Origin: Eledone cirrhosa
Taxonomy: Eukaryota
Assembly (NCBI GenBank): GCA_964016885.1
Contig: OZ024743.1
Coordinates: 323,702,001 to 323,766,000 of the forward strand
Length of the DNA: 64,000 bases
Direction of reading: 5' to 3'
In this document: positions 11,231-24,605 of the stretch, piece after piece
Layout: each line of letters opens with the position of its first letter
Position numbering within the stretch: position 1 is the stretch's first letter
Made by a program: the position numbers and the translations under genes
The notes under the pieces: generated by a model
Told to the model about the DNA's origin: nothing
What the model saw: the letters and a program-made list of their open reading frames with translations, nothing else
The model's database searches: none

Positions 11231-13525
11231 GTCTTACTCTTTATATATCTATCTTTATCTAGCCCAGTCCTCCTGCTTCTTTACAATTTTAGAGAACATT
11301 TCTCTTTGGACTGTCTTTCTAGTTATTTATACCTAGGAAAACTGTTATTGTATTTACGCATGACAGATTGTAAAACTGAATGTATAGAATTGAAATGGCG
11401 GTCTTTAGCACATTTCCCATTGACACTATATCAATTGTATTATACCCTCTGATAGTTTTAATTGTAACAGCGGTGGTAGGTCAGGGTCAATCAGTAGTAA
11501 ATAGACAAAAACCAACTGTGTTTATAATAAAGTGAGCACTACGATACTGAATATACTAAGGCAGGAAATTTTAATTAATGATAATTACATCTTTAATGAT
11601 GAAATTAAACATTTTTTAAAATGATTATTTCTAGTTAAAAAGGGCAGGAGACAAACCCGAACTTTTAGATAGTTAAAATTACTGTGCAGCGGAGAATGTC
11701 TGATATTTTACAGTATGGTCATAACTTATGACCTGTTTCGGTCTTATGAGAGCACATCAGTAAAACATAATCTAACCGTAATTACTAGAACGACTACAAA
11801 CAAGCCTATTATCAATGTGTCTGGTTTTTCCCAAAACTGTTTTTCAATGAAGCTATAGAACCTTAAAGAGCAGAAGAGCACTTGAAAGATATTTATGCCC
11901 ACAAGACAATTAAAGATGGATTTTAAAGCACTTCGAGACCCATTTTAAAAACAGCTGACGTTGTCAAGTTTGTTTCCATCCACATCAACGCAAGGAAATT
12001 TCTTTAGGGGTTGAGAAGTTCAGAAAGCCAATATTATTTGGCAAAAAATTGATCTAATCAACTGTTATAAATTCCTTTTTGACAGTATGACGAATTGATG
12101 ATGAAACGGGTAAAGATGTAGAAGGCGTAATAATTTGTTAACGACTGTCCAATTTTCTTTACAACTGGATGAATCAGCTCCACCAGGGAATGAAGTTTTG
12201 TTGTTAGCCTAAGTTTGGTTTATAAAGAAACAGAATATAACTCAAGAGATACTAAAGGAAAATAAATTCTTTGGCTGAGTTAGTCTTTTTTTTTTTTTTT
12301 TTTTAAGGAATAATGCAAAGTGATTTTCCCTGCTTGTATGAATATCTTGGAATTTGTATGTAAGCATAGTCAATAATTTTATTGATTCTGGGTCAAAATA
12401 TAAACGTTACAGAAGTTATATGCTACATGGACTTATATTTCTTCGAAGTTGAAACTTATTTTTTAATAATCACATTGATATGGGGTTGACGAATATGATG
12501 CAAAATTTCAATTAAAGTAATCCTTGAAAAGAAACCCTATTTGATGATTTTTATACAGCAAAATATCTTATAATACATTCTCTTAAGAACATCCTATCTT
12601 TTTTTTCAGGATTCTAATAATTTTAATCATTAATTTTACTAGTCTTTCATAATTTATTAGTTGTAAATGTTATTAGCATTAAAGCTAAATAATCTTTTTA
12701 ATGTCAATCACTCATCTGAAATTGGAATACTAAACTATTTTTACTGAAACAAGTAAATCCAGGTATGCTTAAGAGCACAATTTCACGTCACTTAGTCAAT
12801 AGTTGAATACACGGTTCAAAGTCGCAGTCAATGTATTGATAACGCTAAAAAGGGAGATTGGAATAAAATTGTTCAATAATGATTTTTTTTTTCTATTTAC
12901 ATGGGTATTAAGAAGTTTTAGAATACATCTTCAATGGTCAGTGAACAAATACAACTCTCTAAAGACTAAACGGCACCATAATTCCACACACTCATCCTAG
13001 CTTAATATCCGTAAAAATGACGGGCTGTATAGTTAAAAGATATTTCTTTGGTCTTCGTAATTTTCAATTCTTCTTCTTCTTCTTCTTCTGAGAGAGAGAG
13101 AGAGAATCGATACCAGTTCAAATCTTGCCGAGGTCGACCGTCTTTCATCCTTTCGAGGTCGATGAAATAAAGGACCCGTCCGAGGTAGTGAATTAGTGGA
13201 GTTGTTAGAGTGGCGGAAGGGATACCTTGTGGTATTTGTTGCAACTCTTTGCATTTTGAGTTGAAATACCGCTCTTGTTTACACGGGTGGTAGGCTTAAT
13301 CCGTCGCTTGGGTTAATATCACCAACTGGCCTTTGGGTATCTTTAGATGAACTCTATTGGACGTATTCGGGCTTGTCTCCTTTTTGAGGACACTTTCCTC
13401 CCTTCAATGTCTAATCACTTGAAAGAGAGCCATGAGAACTGTCCTTCCTCTTTGACTAAATCAAATAAATAAATAATTTTATTTAGTTATTTAATTTACT
13501 TCAATTGTTTTTGTCTTTGTTTCAG

Positions 13526-13627
13526 GTTCGCTAAATGCTATAGCACCAATTATATCGAACTTTTTTCTTATTGCTTATGCCCTCATTAATTTTGCCTGCT
13601 TTGATGCAAGTATTTCCAACATGCTAG
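13526..13627 (+). CDS. SLC12A2: NKCC-like exon (TM10)
   Basis: cag|GT...G|gtaagt; [28 protein letters not shown]. Confidence 0.94.
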
Positions 13628-14439
13628 GTAAGTGTTTCATATAATCAGCTTGATGTTGTTGTTTCTTTACCTCCGATCAGTACCGACCATAGGCGGCGAA
13701 TTGGAAGAGTCGTTGGAACGTTGGAAAGAACGTTTTGCGGTATTTGTTCAGGCTCTCTGCGCTCTGAGTCCAAATCCAGCTGAAGTTAATTTGGCTTTTC
13801 ATCCTTCGGAAGACGATAAAATAGCGAACCGGTTCAGTTCTGAGATCGATTTATTCTCGTTCTTTCTCTCTCACCCTCTCTTTCTTTCTTGTTTCCAGCC
13901 CTGGAGAGGAGATGGGCTCCACCGGGTTTTAAATAATTGTTTCTACTTTTGGCACAAGGCCAGCAATTACCCGGTTCATTACTGGTACTTTATTTTATCG
14001 ACCCCGTAAGGATGAAAGGCAAAGTTAACCTCGGCTGGATTTGAACTCAGAATGGCAAGGACCGTAACTCTATGCGTCAAAGCATAGCGTCCGATCCTCT
14101 ACCGATACTGCCAATCCACCGCCCCTTTTAAATAATGCCCAGATGCCGTATGTCATGATGGTGACCCGAAGACTCTATCAGGAGTTACAAAAAATAAATA
14201 AAACATACACGCAGCACCGACCATATGATTAACGGCGTTCAATGCCTGGTTATCCCGTATTTTCCATTTTTTTTTTTTTTTTGTTATCCAGACATAATTT
14301 ATTTTGGACCTTATCATCAAATACACTTTTCTCTTTTATTTTATTTTTTAAAGTGATTTAATGGAAGACATTAATTTTTGGTAATGACCAAAAGTATATA
14401 ATCACGAATACAAGAGCCAAACTGGAGTTCATCTGAGTG

Positions 14440-14720
14440 GTCTTTGGTGTAACGTTACTTGTTAGGTTCATAGATCAGGGAGCCTCTATAGGAAGAGCCT
14501 CTAATTCGTTGAGCCAAGGATACTACGGACATATGGTTAGAATTTCTAAGGAAGAATTGCTGGACAGATTTTTCGGGCAAAGCTAACCGGTAGAAGACCC
14601 AAAGGTAAACTACGAACCAGGCGGTTGGTCTAACTTGGGGATCCAGACAGATCATTTGGAGACAGTTGCTTCTAGAAAGTGTGTCTGAAGACTCTCCCAC
14701 CACGACCCTCACAGGAATAA
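14440..14720 (+). mobile_element. decayed 3' fragment of RTE-type LINE
   Basis: Similar to the 3' end of 47170-48886 and to 45210-45660 and 30610-30870 (minus). Confidence 0.6.
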
Positions 14721-16242
14721 GTGGGCAAAAGAGATTTGGTTATTATGTGTAGCAGGTCGAGCGACCACGTAGAGACTCCCTCATTGACCTGTGCTGGACT
14801 CAGGCGAAAGAATTCTACTAGACATCACCAAATTTAATCTCAAATTTGCAATGAAATAAAGAATACTTTCAATTATTTTCAATATGTCGAATGATAAACT
14901 TTCTAAAAAAAAGAAAAAAATATGGTAAGTGGCACCATCATGGCCAGAATCTAATGTTTAAAACATTAAAAGAACAAGATAACACAGAGCAATATAATGT
15001 CATATTAGAAGATCGTTTATTCTGGGTCTATCAAACATAACAAGTTGATACCTAGTGTGGCACTATGTCCTCAGCTCGAAGATTCTTTTGCTTGGAATAA
15101 TATCACTAATCATCAAAAAGTTTATACCTATAGTCTCTTAGACCAGACCCTATGATCTTTATATTTAATCAGTATTTTACTGATATTCATACGAGCCAAG
15201 AAATCCTTTAGATAGTCACTCGGTTTCCTATAAATAACAGCCAAATTTATCACATATCATACTCCACCATCTAAAGAAATGAGACACATTGAATAATGCA
15301 GATATTGCGAAGAAAACAAGAATATCGTGGTTGGAACATCTTGAATCATTGGTCTACTTGACTAGAGCTGACTTGGGGTTAAACAACATCAACACCAACA
15401 GTTGATACCTAGGAGGAAAACTACAAAATGGTACAATTTGATCGGATTTAATCCCCAAATCAGTGATATACTGAACGGAATACTGTATGGTCGCATTACT
15501 GTATAGTTATCAACCCCGAGGCGATGAAAGCATAATAAAACTCAACGAGATTTGAACTCTGAACGCAAAGGGTCGTAACTAAATATCGAAAGAAACTTTG
15601 TCCGACGCTCTAACGATTCTACTAATCCACCACTCCCAATAATAATGATTTCTACTATAGGCACAAGGCCAGTAATTTGGGGGTAGGGAAAAGTCGATTA
15701 ATTTATTTCATCGACCCCGTAAGGATAAAAGGCAAAGTTAATCTCGGCGGGATTTGAACTGAGACCGTAAAGGACCGTAACTCTGTGGAGCAAAGTATGG
15801 TGTCCGACTCTCTACCGATACTGCCAATCCACCGCCCTCACGATGGTTTTTTTTTTTTATATAGACACAAGGCCAGAAATTTTAGGGGAGGGGAAAGTCG
15901 ATTAAATCGGCCCCAGTGCTTTATTTTATCGACCCCGTAAGGATGAAAGGTAAAGCTAACCTGGGCGGGATTTGAACTCATAACGTAAAGGAACGTAACT
16001 ACATGCCGCAAAGCATTTCCGACACTCAAACGATTCTGCCAATCCATCTTACTCAATAATAATAATAATATTAATAATTCTTTCTGATTTATGCTCAAAG
16101 CCAGCAATGTTAAGGGGAGGGGAAGGTCGATTTAATTGACCCTGTAATATTTCATTTATTCGCTCAAGGTTATACATTTTAGACGGGGGTATAGTTATAT
16201 GACTGGTAAAATATATATTTCATTATATTTTTTAATCCACAG

Positions 16243-16398
16243 GTTTCCGGCCAGCGTTCAAGTATTATAATAAGTGGCTTAGTCTGATAGGAGCCTTAGT
16301 CTGCGTTTGCATTATGTTTCTAATCCAGTGGTGGGCAGCGTTGATCACTTTCGTCCTTTCTGCAGGACTTTTCATTTATATCCGTGTGAAAAAACCAG
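16243..16398 (+). CDS. SLC12A2: NKCC-like exon (TM11-12)
   Basis: cag|GT...G|gtaacg; [36 protein letters not shown]...KKP. Confidence 0.94.
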
Positions 16399-17327
16399 GT
16401 AACGACAATTTTTCTTTTTTCAAATCTTTTTCATCATCATCACCATTTAACTTCTGTTTTCCACGCTAACATGAGTTAGACGGGTTGTGGCGTACTGGGC
16501 TTAACTAGCCAGGTGATCACGTCTTTTTCTTCTTACGATTGGATGCCCTTTCTAACGCCAACCACTTTACAGCGTGTACTTGAGTATCTTGTGATTCTCC
16601 TCCATCAATCCACCTCTCTTTTCGCCATCAACGCAAAGGCGTAAAAATGAACAATACAATCACTTCTACACCCTGTTAGAAATAGCAACAAAATCTCTCT
16701 TAAATCACACGCTATTGTCTTAATAAAGCAAAAATATTTTGGATAATGATGTCTTGCATATTCAAACAGACGAGATGGTCATTATTTGAGTAACTTTGAT
16801 CATCGAGGTCTATTCGGCCAGGGATGACCAGGGGCTAAACAACAACAACAACAGCTTCAATCAATCAAACACAAAAGGCAGCTTAACCTAATGGTGTTTC
16901 TGTCATTAACTTCAAATAAAGTTTTCCAGAACTAACCACTATCTTGCTCTTCAATATTTCTCAACAGAAATCTACCCCAATCCCAATACTAAAGAGCAAC
17001 AGCTTTACTGCATTTCTCCCCACTAAGTACATTTTCTGTGAAGTTAGCACTACCAGAGGTTCAATTTCCTTTTTCACAAGACACTGAATAATGTAGTCCT
17101 AGATACATACATACGTGTGTACATTGCTACCTACATATATTTCTATCTACATGCACGTGCATACTGCTGCTATTGTTGCTGCAGGAGTAACCATCAACTG
17201 GAGTGAGTCACAAGTTGCAAACATATATATATATATATATATCTGCGCACGCATTTCCCTTATGTCTACATGTGCGAAAGGTAGTTTACTTTAGTTCTCT
17301 CTAGTAGTGCGGACAATATCGGCCTTC

Positions 17328-17405
17328 CACATGCTGATGACCCACAGGGCCGAATTGGAACCCACTAAAATGGGGAAACATTCTCCTGGTGAGTGTGTAC
17401 ATGTG
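17328..17405 (+). ncRNA. type I hammerhead ribozyme motif
   Basis: CACAUG-CUGAUGA-CCCA...UGGG-GAAACAUuCUC cuggu GAGuGU-GUA-CAUGUG; all three stems present, GUA triplet. Confidence 0.72.
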
Positions 17406-17572
17406 TGATTTAGGTGAGGTTGGTTTCTCGTTTTAATTTATACTTTTAATTTTGTTTTTCCTATGCCTCTAGTAGCTTATATTCTCTTCACGCTGGTGGT
17501 TTGAAATTCCTGTAAAGAAAAACACATTCTTCTGTCTTTCCCCTCTATATATTGTATATATATATATATATA

Positions 17573-19142
17573 TTTCGTTTTTGAATTTGTTTAGCAAGAT
17601 TTCTTGTCTGAAAACGCGTGTTGAAACCGATATTGTTATACTTTGGGAGGGTCATGTTGCCAAAAAGAAACCAATAAGAAGCACACGCACCAGTTGTTTT
17701 CACTTCAATTTATTATAAATTTCCGGTTGGTTGGTTGGTTCTATAACTGGATGGCTGTTCACATATTGTCAAAGTTCTTTCGTCACACATTCTGTGACCT
17801 CTTCATTGACTGGGGATTATTTTCTTTATTTTATTTTGTGTCTCTCCTTTGTTCTATCCATCTTGTTTTTGTGTGTGTTCTGTGCTTAGTTTGCGCATGT
17901 GTTACATCCGGGTGTCTGTGTGTGTTTTTATTTGTTTATTTATTTGTTTATTTGTTTATTTATTTATTTGTTTATTTACATGTCACTAGTTGTTTGTTTG
18001 TTCTATGTGTGTGTGATATATATACATATATACATGCATACATACATATATAATCATTTTTTTTGTGTCTGTTTTCATTTTGTCCTTAATTATAAGTTGT
18101 GATGTTGCTATTCCATTCATGTTTTCTATTTAATTTTGGTTGGAGTTCATTTATGTTTATTGCCTCTGTGATTTGTCTAAACATTGCGTCTTTTCTGTGT
18201 GTAGATTCAAATTTTATTTCTATGTTCTTTAATTTACCCTTATGTTCTATTTTAGCATGTTGGTAGAGTACAGATGATTCTTTACTATCTTGGAATTCTC
18301 GCCAGTGTTCATTTAATCGTTCTCATATGCTACGAGCTGTCTCACCTATGTACATTATATTCTTATTTTTACATTGTCCCTCAGTACATCTTATGCTATA
18401 TACTATGTTTCTAGTTTTACAGTTAATATGGGGACTTAGCTTACAGATTATGCATTTCCTACCTATACAGAGCGGTCTTTGAAAAGGGTATCTATTACTA
18501 ATTAGTATTTTTATGGAGGTACCTGGTCTTTCCACTATCTTAATATTTAGTTTAAGTTTATCTAGGGCCCTTCTAAATTTGTAAGCTCTAGGGGTTGTAT
18601 TGATGAACATTACACTCTGATATGTATTGCTATCATACCATGAGTTTATTTTATTAGCCTTATTCCTAGTTCTTTCTATTCTATTCCAAAATTTGCTCCT
18701 ATACAAGGGGCAGGTCCCATTTCTATCATTATCTACCATTTTTTCCTATTTGGTTCTGGCTCCTCTATATACTCTGATTTTGTCTCTCGGATTGTAGCCA
18801 GAGAACTGCATACGGTGGATGAAGTGTTGTATATGTCTCTCTAATTCTTTGGGGTTGCACATGCGGGACACGTTCCTCACCACCCTTACTAAATCCGCAA
18901 TCAGTATGTTGATTTTGGTGTGATCCGAAACAGCTAAGAAAAAAAAAAAAAAAAAAAAAAAAAAGAATCCTCAGTCACTGAAGATGTCACAGAATGTGTG
19001 ACGAAAGAACTTTGACAATATGTGGACAACCATCCGGTTATAGAACCAACCAACCGGAAATTTATAATAAATTGAAGTGAAAACAACTGGTGCGTGTGTT
19101 TCTTATTGGCAACATGACCCCCCCCCCCCCCAAAGTATAACA

Positions 19143-19145
<3 letters not shown>
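17573..19145 (-). mobile_element. 5'-truncated Penelope-like retroelement (RT C-terminus and GIY-YIG endonuclease) with inverted pLTRs
   Basis: Minus strand ...HFIHRMQFSGY...CIICK...CKTRNIVYSIRC...MYIGETARSI*ERLNEH...LNRKHEW with in-frame stops; pLTR about 17630-17815 is inverted at about 18966-19145; (TA)n flanks; HHR motif in both pLTRs. Confidence 0.88.
18974..19016 (+). ncRNA. minimal hammerhead motif in the PLE pLTR
   Basis: GUCA-CUGAAGA-U-GUCACA gaaug UGUGAC-GAAAG aa CUU-UGAC; copies at 6982-7024 (minus) and 17768-17810 (minus, first core C mutated). Confidence 0.7.
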
Positions 19146-19214
<69 letters not shown>

Positions 19215-19434
19215 CAGTGACTGTTGTTAAGGACATCTATCTGTAAAAAGCATATTAAAAAATTGGAACGTACAAGTGCAACATAGTCCAGTGACCTATT
19301 CAAGAGGGCTGTACTTCCAAATAAGAACTGACTCGGACCGTAACGACCAGTCCAACTCATGAAAGCATGGAAAGTGGGTGTAAAATGATGGTATTTGTAA
19401 GAAATTATGTTATCAGTTATTATTAATATTTTAG

Positions 19435-19534
19435 AAGTGAACTGGGGATCGTCTTCTCAGGCTCATGCTTACAAGAATGCATTGGCATCAACCCAGAAAC
19501 TGGTTCATATTGAGGAACACGTTAAGAACTTTCG
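19435..19534 (+). CDS. SLC12A2: NKCC-like exon
   Basis: tag|AA...CG|gtaagt; VNWGSSSQAHAYKNAL...EEHVKNFR. Confidence 0.94.
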
Positions 19535-20409
19535 GTAAGTGTAAAGATTTATTTCTAGAGAAAAAATAGAACAAACTTCAGATTTGGCAAGTGATTTGAT
19601 CTGAGGTGTGTTAAATTTGAATCAATTACAAGGTAGAAATAATTGTGCCGCGAACATAAATGTTAACGGTTAATATTATTTTTACTTTTCTGGCAAGTAC
19701 GGGGAACATGTCTCCGTCATATTTTGACCTCATAAGCGAAGCCTGATCTCTAATTATTATTTTAAATTGCCGCTGTATATAATATGGTAATGCTAACTTA
19801 ACTATTGTTTTTCTAGCGAGTGGATCTCTGAGATATTTTAAGTATTTTAGCTCAAGTAGGGAAAGCAATGTATGTTGTCTAAAGTTCTTAAAGTGAGTAA
19901 TAGACTTAATTCACTGCACCACCACCCGGGCCTGTCACCAGGGGGGCGGGGGCACACTGGGTGACACTGTACCCCTATTTTTCAATGGTGTACCTTCAGA
20001 TATTGGAAAAACATTTACAGTGATATGCTTATTCCGAAACTCTGCCTTCGAATTATTGCGCCCACCCGGAATGTGCTAAAGCCTAATCGCCTCCCCTCCC
20101 CCAATACCAAACCTGACCCTTGGGTGCCTTTAGTGAAGTCCACTAAGTCTCCAGTTTGAGAGTACTTTCTTCTCTTTCCCCAGTCTTGGAGGCTCTGGAA
20201 ATGGTCATGGACACTTTCTATTTCACACTAAACACACACACCCACACAAAAGTTAATCATTAGAAGAGATAGAGTTGAATTAGAGATATTGAAATAAATG
20301 ATGATACGACAAAATGGGATATCCCTTCTGCAGTTTTTAAAAGAAATGTTTTGTAATTTTATAGCTTTTGAGATTGACACTGGTTGCAAATTTCGTTTTT
20401 CTCTTTTAG

Positions 20410-20521
20410 GCCGCAAATTCTGTTGTTGTGTGGTTACCCTAAAAATCGACCAGAACTTGTGGATTTCGCAGCGTCTATCACTAAAAAAAGTTGCCTGCTT
20501 ATATGTGGTCACATTTTCATG
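20410..20521 (+). CDS. SLC12A2: NKCC-like exon
   Basis: tag|G...ATG|gtaata; PQILLLCGYPKNRPELVDFAASITKKSCLLICGHIFM. Confidence 0.93.
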
Positions 20522-20724
20522 GTAATAATTGTCTCTCTTTTTTTTTTTCTCATTTATTGACGGCAGCGAATTGGTAGAGTCATTAGAATGTCGGATAGAG
20601 TACTTTGCAACATTCGTTCTGGGTTCAAATCACGCTGAAGTCAACTTTGCTTTTCATATTTTTAATGTCGATGAAATAAGTGCCATACAAAATACTGATA
20701 AAATCTTCTAAAGTTCTTAGAAGA

Positions 20725-21080
20725 TTGGATCCCGATAGGGCAGCTGATGAAGACCCTAATACCAGGAATTGAGTCCTTAGAAGAGGGGACAACAATAGGG
20801 CAGCTGGCGAACACCCAAATACCAGGAATTGACTGAAGATGGGACAATGATAGGGCAGCTGACAAACCATAAAATACCAGGCATTGATTGACCGATTAGG
20901 GCAGCTGACGAACCCTCAAATACTAGGCATTGACTGAAGGCAGGACAATAGAACAGCTGACGAACCCTCAAATACCAGGTCTTGACTGGTCGATTACAGC
21001 AGCTGACGAACCCTAAAATATGAGGCATTGATTGACTGATTAGGGCATCTGACGCACTCTCAAATATTAGGCCTTGACTG
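20725..21080 (+). repeat. about 45-55 bp degenerate tandem repeat (GGGCAGCTGACGAACCCTCAAATACCAGGCATTGACTGA...)
   Basis: About 7 units visible. Confidence 0.85.
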
Positions 21081-21275
21081 ACCAATTTCTGTTGCTTTTT
21101 TTGTATCAGTCGCCATTGAGACGTCTGGTGTCCTCGGTCTCCGAAATGCCGTTTTCCTCTGCTCAATATTGAGACGAGGTCATCCTACTTAAGGGAAGAA
21201 CCTAGTGAAATGAAATGTATGATATAGCAGATATCGCTGGCTGTTCTCTGCGGTAACACCTCCAGATCTTACAAA
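21060..21275 (+). mobile_element. decayed 3' end of an RLE-type (CRE-like) non-LTR retrotransposon
   Basis: Frameshifted LKY*ALTDQF..FVSVAIETSGVLG...QISLAVLCGN, matching the RLE C-terminal KY...F.P.A.ET.G...QR.S.A..RGN motif. Confidence 0.6.
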
Positions 21276-21758
21276 TAGAATTAAATGCTAAATTGTATTG
21301 TTGGCTGAAACTATTCTAAGAATAAAATAAAATATTTAGCAGTCACTCATTGATAATTAATTCAAGTAATTTATGGATGCATGTTGTGGTGGTGTTATAT
21401 CACAAATCGGTCATGATAAATCAGACATATGATGAAAGGCGTCCCAGAAGTGACCATCGCGTCTTTTTGTATGCCATGAACTATATTGTACAGTGCATTT
21501 GTCTTTGATTAAGATTGTAGTGTGATTTGGGGAGGATTTGACTGCTATTTTTAGCGAGTGGAGAGCAACAACGTAGACTGTCTAGGTAGCTCAGGCTGGA
21601 CAAATGTCACAGTGAAGTGAACTTTATAACCACAAGTCTATGCCTGCGTCTACAGTCACATTTAAAACATAATTTATAACAAATGTTAAATATTCTCTGT
21701 AAAATGTCATTTGAAATATTGTATTTTAGAATTTTAAGGTATTCACTTTTAACCCCAG

Positions 21759-21893
21759 GGAGACCTTGCTAAACATAAGAAACACTTGACGTCTGAATCT
21801 GTTTACACCTGGTTCAAGAACCGAAAAACAAAAGCCTTTTATAGTAGCGTGTGTTCAGTTAACTTTCGTGCTGGTGCACAGAACCTTTTACAG
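21759..21893 (+). CDS. SLC12A2: NKCC-like exon
   Basis: cag|GGA...CAG|gtaaat; ...WFKNRKTKAFYSSVCSVNFRAGAQNLLQ. Confidence 0.92.
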
Positions 21894-22701
21894 GTAAATT
21901 GTCGTTTTCTTTTTCTTGCTAATTATATAAAAATAATAATTGTTAAATCTCTCTCTCTCTAATATATATATATGAGAGAGAGAGACCTCCGTCTGTTCCA
22001 AATGTTCAAACAATAGAACAGCTTGCTCGTGAAATGAACGTACAAGTGACTGGACATTCCACTGACACGTGTACCTTTAACGCAGCTGACAGGGTGATTC
22101 AGTGTAACACAGTGAGTGACAAGGAAGGCTCTTATAAACAATAATGATAACTATAAAAACAATTGTAAAGAAAATTTCTATTTGTCGTTTGTACACATTT
22201 AAGGGTAGTTTTCATTGTACTATTGACAATTGTAACTATTAAGGGACAAAATAACAAATAAGCTTCCCTATGATTCTAATGTCTACTCTCTGGTCTCGAA
22301 TAATCCCCCCGCCTCCCGCTATTTAAATTTTACTAATCTATCTCCAACGAAAATTCATTTTAAGTGGTAGCATTCCTGCGACGATTAATTTTCTTTAGAC
22401 ACTAAAAAAACATTATACATGGCAAAAAAAAGCAAAAAAGTACATTACTAGAAATCCTATACGTTATAAAATAAACTAAACGACTAATGTTTTGTTTTTT
22501 TAATCACCGGAGACAACCTCGAAAAATTACCGATTTTTACCCCCCCCCCCCCCCCCCCCGTCCGCTTATTCCAAGACCCGAGAGTAAAGTAACAGTGGTG
22601 GGGAGATATACTGGGACCGACTGAGACCGATTTAATCGATTGTTTACACACACTAAATATGTGATATTAGAAATTCCTATAAATGTTTCTCTTGTTTCTA
22701 G

Positions 22702-22808
22702 ATAAATGGTTTAGGAAAATTGAAATCCAATACCATGTTGATGGGTTTTAAACGAAACTGGCAAACTGATGTAACATCAAATGTCGATGATTATTTTAAT
22801 GTGATTCA
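22702..22808 (+). CDS. SLC12A2: NKCC-like exon
   Basis: tag|ATA...CA|gtaagt; INGLGKLKSNTMLMGFKRNWQ...DYFNVI. Confidence 0.93.
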
Positions 22809-23319
22809 GTAAGTATATTACTTCATTACATATTCCAGCCGACAGACTGAGGTCATGCTGGAGCACCATAGTAATTTTTCTTTCAACAAATAATTAACAT
22901 GTAACTAGTTTCTTTCTCCTTCACATACATCTACCTACTTACCTACCTCACTTAACGACCAGGTTCCAGTCTACCATTCGGGTCGTAAAGCGAAATAGTT
23001 AGTAAATAAGTTCCTCACTATATAAAAAAAGTTCTGTTCCAACGACCTGGTCATAAAATATTTTCAGATATTGTTTTAATGTCACGCGACAAGTGATAGA
23101 TTCCATGGTAAAGGCTTTACCTCACTAATTACCTCGCATAATTATCTCACATAATATTGAATCTATGAGGTTTTGATATTATTTATTTTGAGAACAATAC
23201 ATTAACATAAGTATGAGCAGCTGGTTACAGCTGGTGTGTACAGAAAGAAGAGAATTCTGGCCGGATGTGGTCAGTTTAGATGCTAAAGGGTTAAACTCTT
23301 ACAAATATAAAAATGACGT

Positions 23320-23640
23320 AATTGTTAAACATACAGAAAAAGAAAGCAGTATTGGAAAGGACTATAAATGTCATTAATGAGAGGAAACAGAGGAGAAGAA
23401 CATAGACTACTAGACAAAGAAAGAAAGAGGGGAACGGGAGATGGTGGCAGACCTAGGTCAGAGCGGTATCTCGGCTGCGTCCTGCGGACAATGGCCAGCG
23501 ACACACGCTGCAACAGCCACACCACCTTGACGGGCCGCTATCAATTCGGTTTTATGGAAGAGGTCAGCTATCCAGGGTCTCCACGGCAACTGTTGCAAAG
23601 AAGCAGCAGCCAAACAAGCTCCGGTATTTGTTGTCTTCCT
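23320..23640 (-). mobile_element. decayed 3' end of an RLE-type (CRE-like) non-LTR retrotransposon
   Basis: Minus strand NKYRSLFGCCFFATVAVETL...WLLQRVSLAIVR. Confidence 0.6.
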
Positions 23641-24184
23641 AATATAAAAATTATATATGTATTTCAAAAGATTAAAAAATTGATTTGCTGGATAAAGAAC
23701 AGACAAAAATGTATAACATAAAAAAACAATGCCGTATATAATTAGTTGAATACTAATTGCTACACATGTTTACACGTTTTATTTGCTGCTATTGTGGTAA
23801 GTTGTCAAACATTATACATGTCCAATACAATGATGGCGAAACGCCTGCATATATGTAGCAATTCGTCTTCAACTAATTATATGGTCCACACCGCTTAGCG
23901 GCGTTGTGTCCTGCTTTGGTCTTAGAAGAAATATAACGTGGCCTAGTGGTTAGGATGTTGGACTCACAATCGTGGGATCATTATTTATATATAAGGTGGA
24001 TTGGCAGTATCGGTAGAGGGTCGGACGCCATGCTTTCCAGCATAGTTACGTCCCTTTACGATCTGAGTTCAAATCCTGCCGAGGTTGACTTCGCCTTTCA
24101 TCCTTACGGGGTCGATAAAATAAAGTACCAGTAATGCACTGGTAAATTGCTGGCCTTGTGCTTAAAGTAGAAACAATTATTTAT

Positions 24185-24605
24185 ATATAAGGTACATAGA
24201 CATACAGCATATATATATATATATATAAGGTACATAGACACTACTTATATACAAGGTACACATACGCACTGTTTATATATATATATGTTACATAGACACA
24301 CTGCTTATATATAAGGTACACATACAGACTGCTTGCATATAAGGTACATATACACATTGTTTAAATATATAAGGTACATAGACACATTGCTTACATATAA
24401 GGTACATAGTCAAACATCTCATATATAAGATATACACTGCTTATATATAAGTTACATAGACACACTGTTTATATATAAGGTACATAGACACACTGCGTAT
24501 ATATAAGGTACATAGACATACTACTTATAAATGAGGTATAAATGGTACAGACTTACTGCTTATATATAAATTACATAGATATACTGTTTATATATAAGGT
24601 GTATA
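24185..24605. repeat. about 28-bp minisatellite (ATATATAAGGTACATAGACACACTGCTT)n
   Basis: About 14 degenerate units. Confidence 0.9.

Noticed and set aside
10745-11452. 235-aa and 173-aa hydrophobic ORFs
   Set aside because: Translations of a 14-bp CT-rich tandem repeat within an intron
11725-11763. Minus-strand CUGAUGU...GAAACAGGUC motif
   Set aside because: A9 is mutated and stems I and II are poor; counted only as a degenerate remnant
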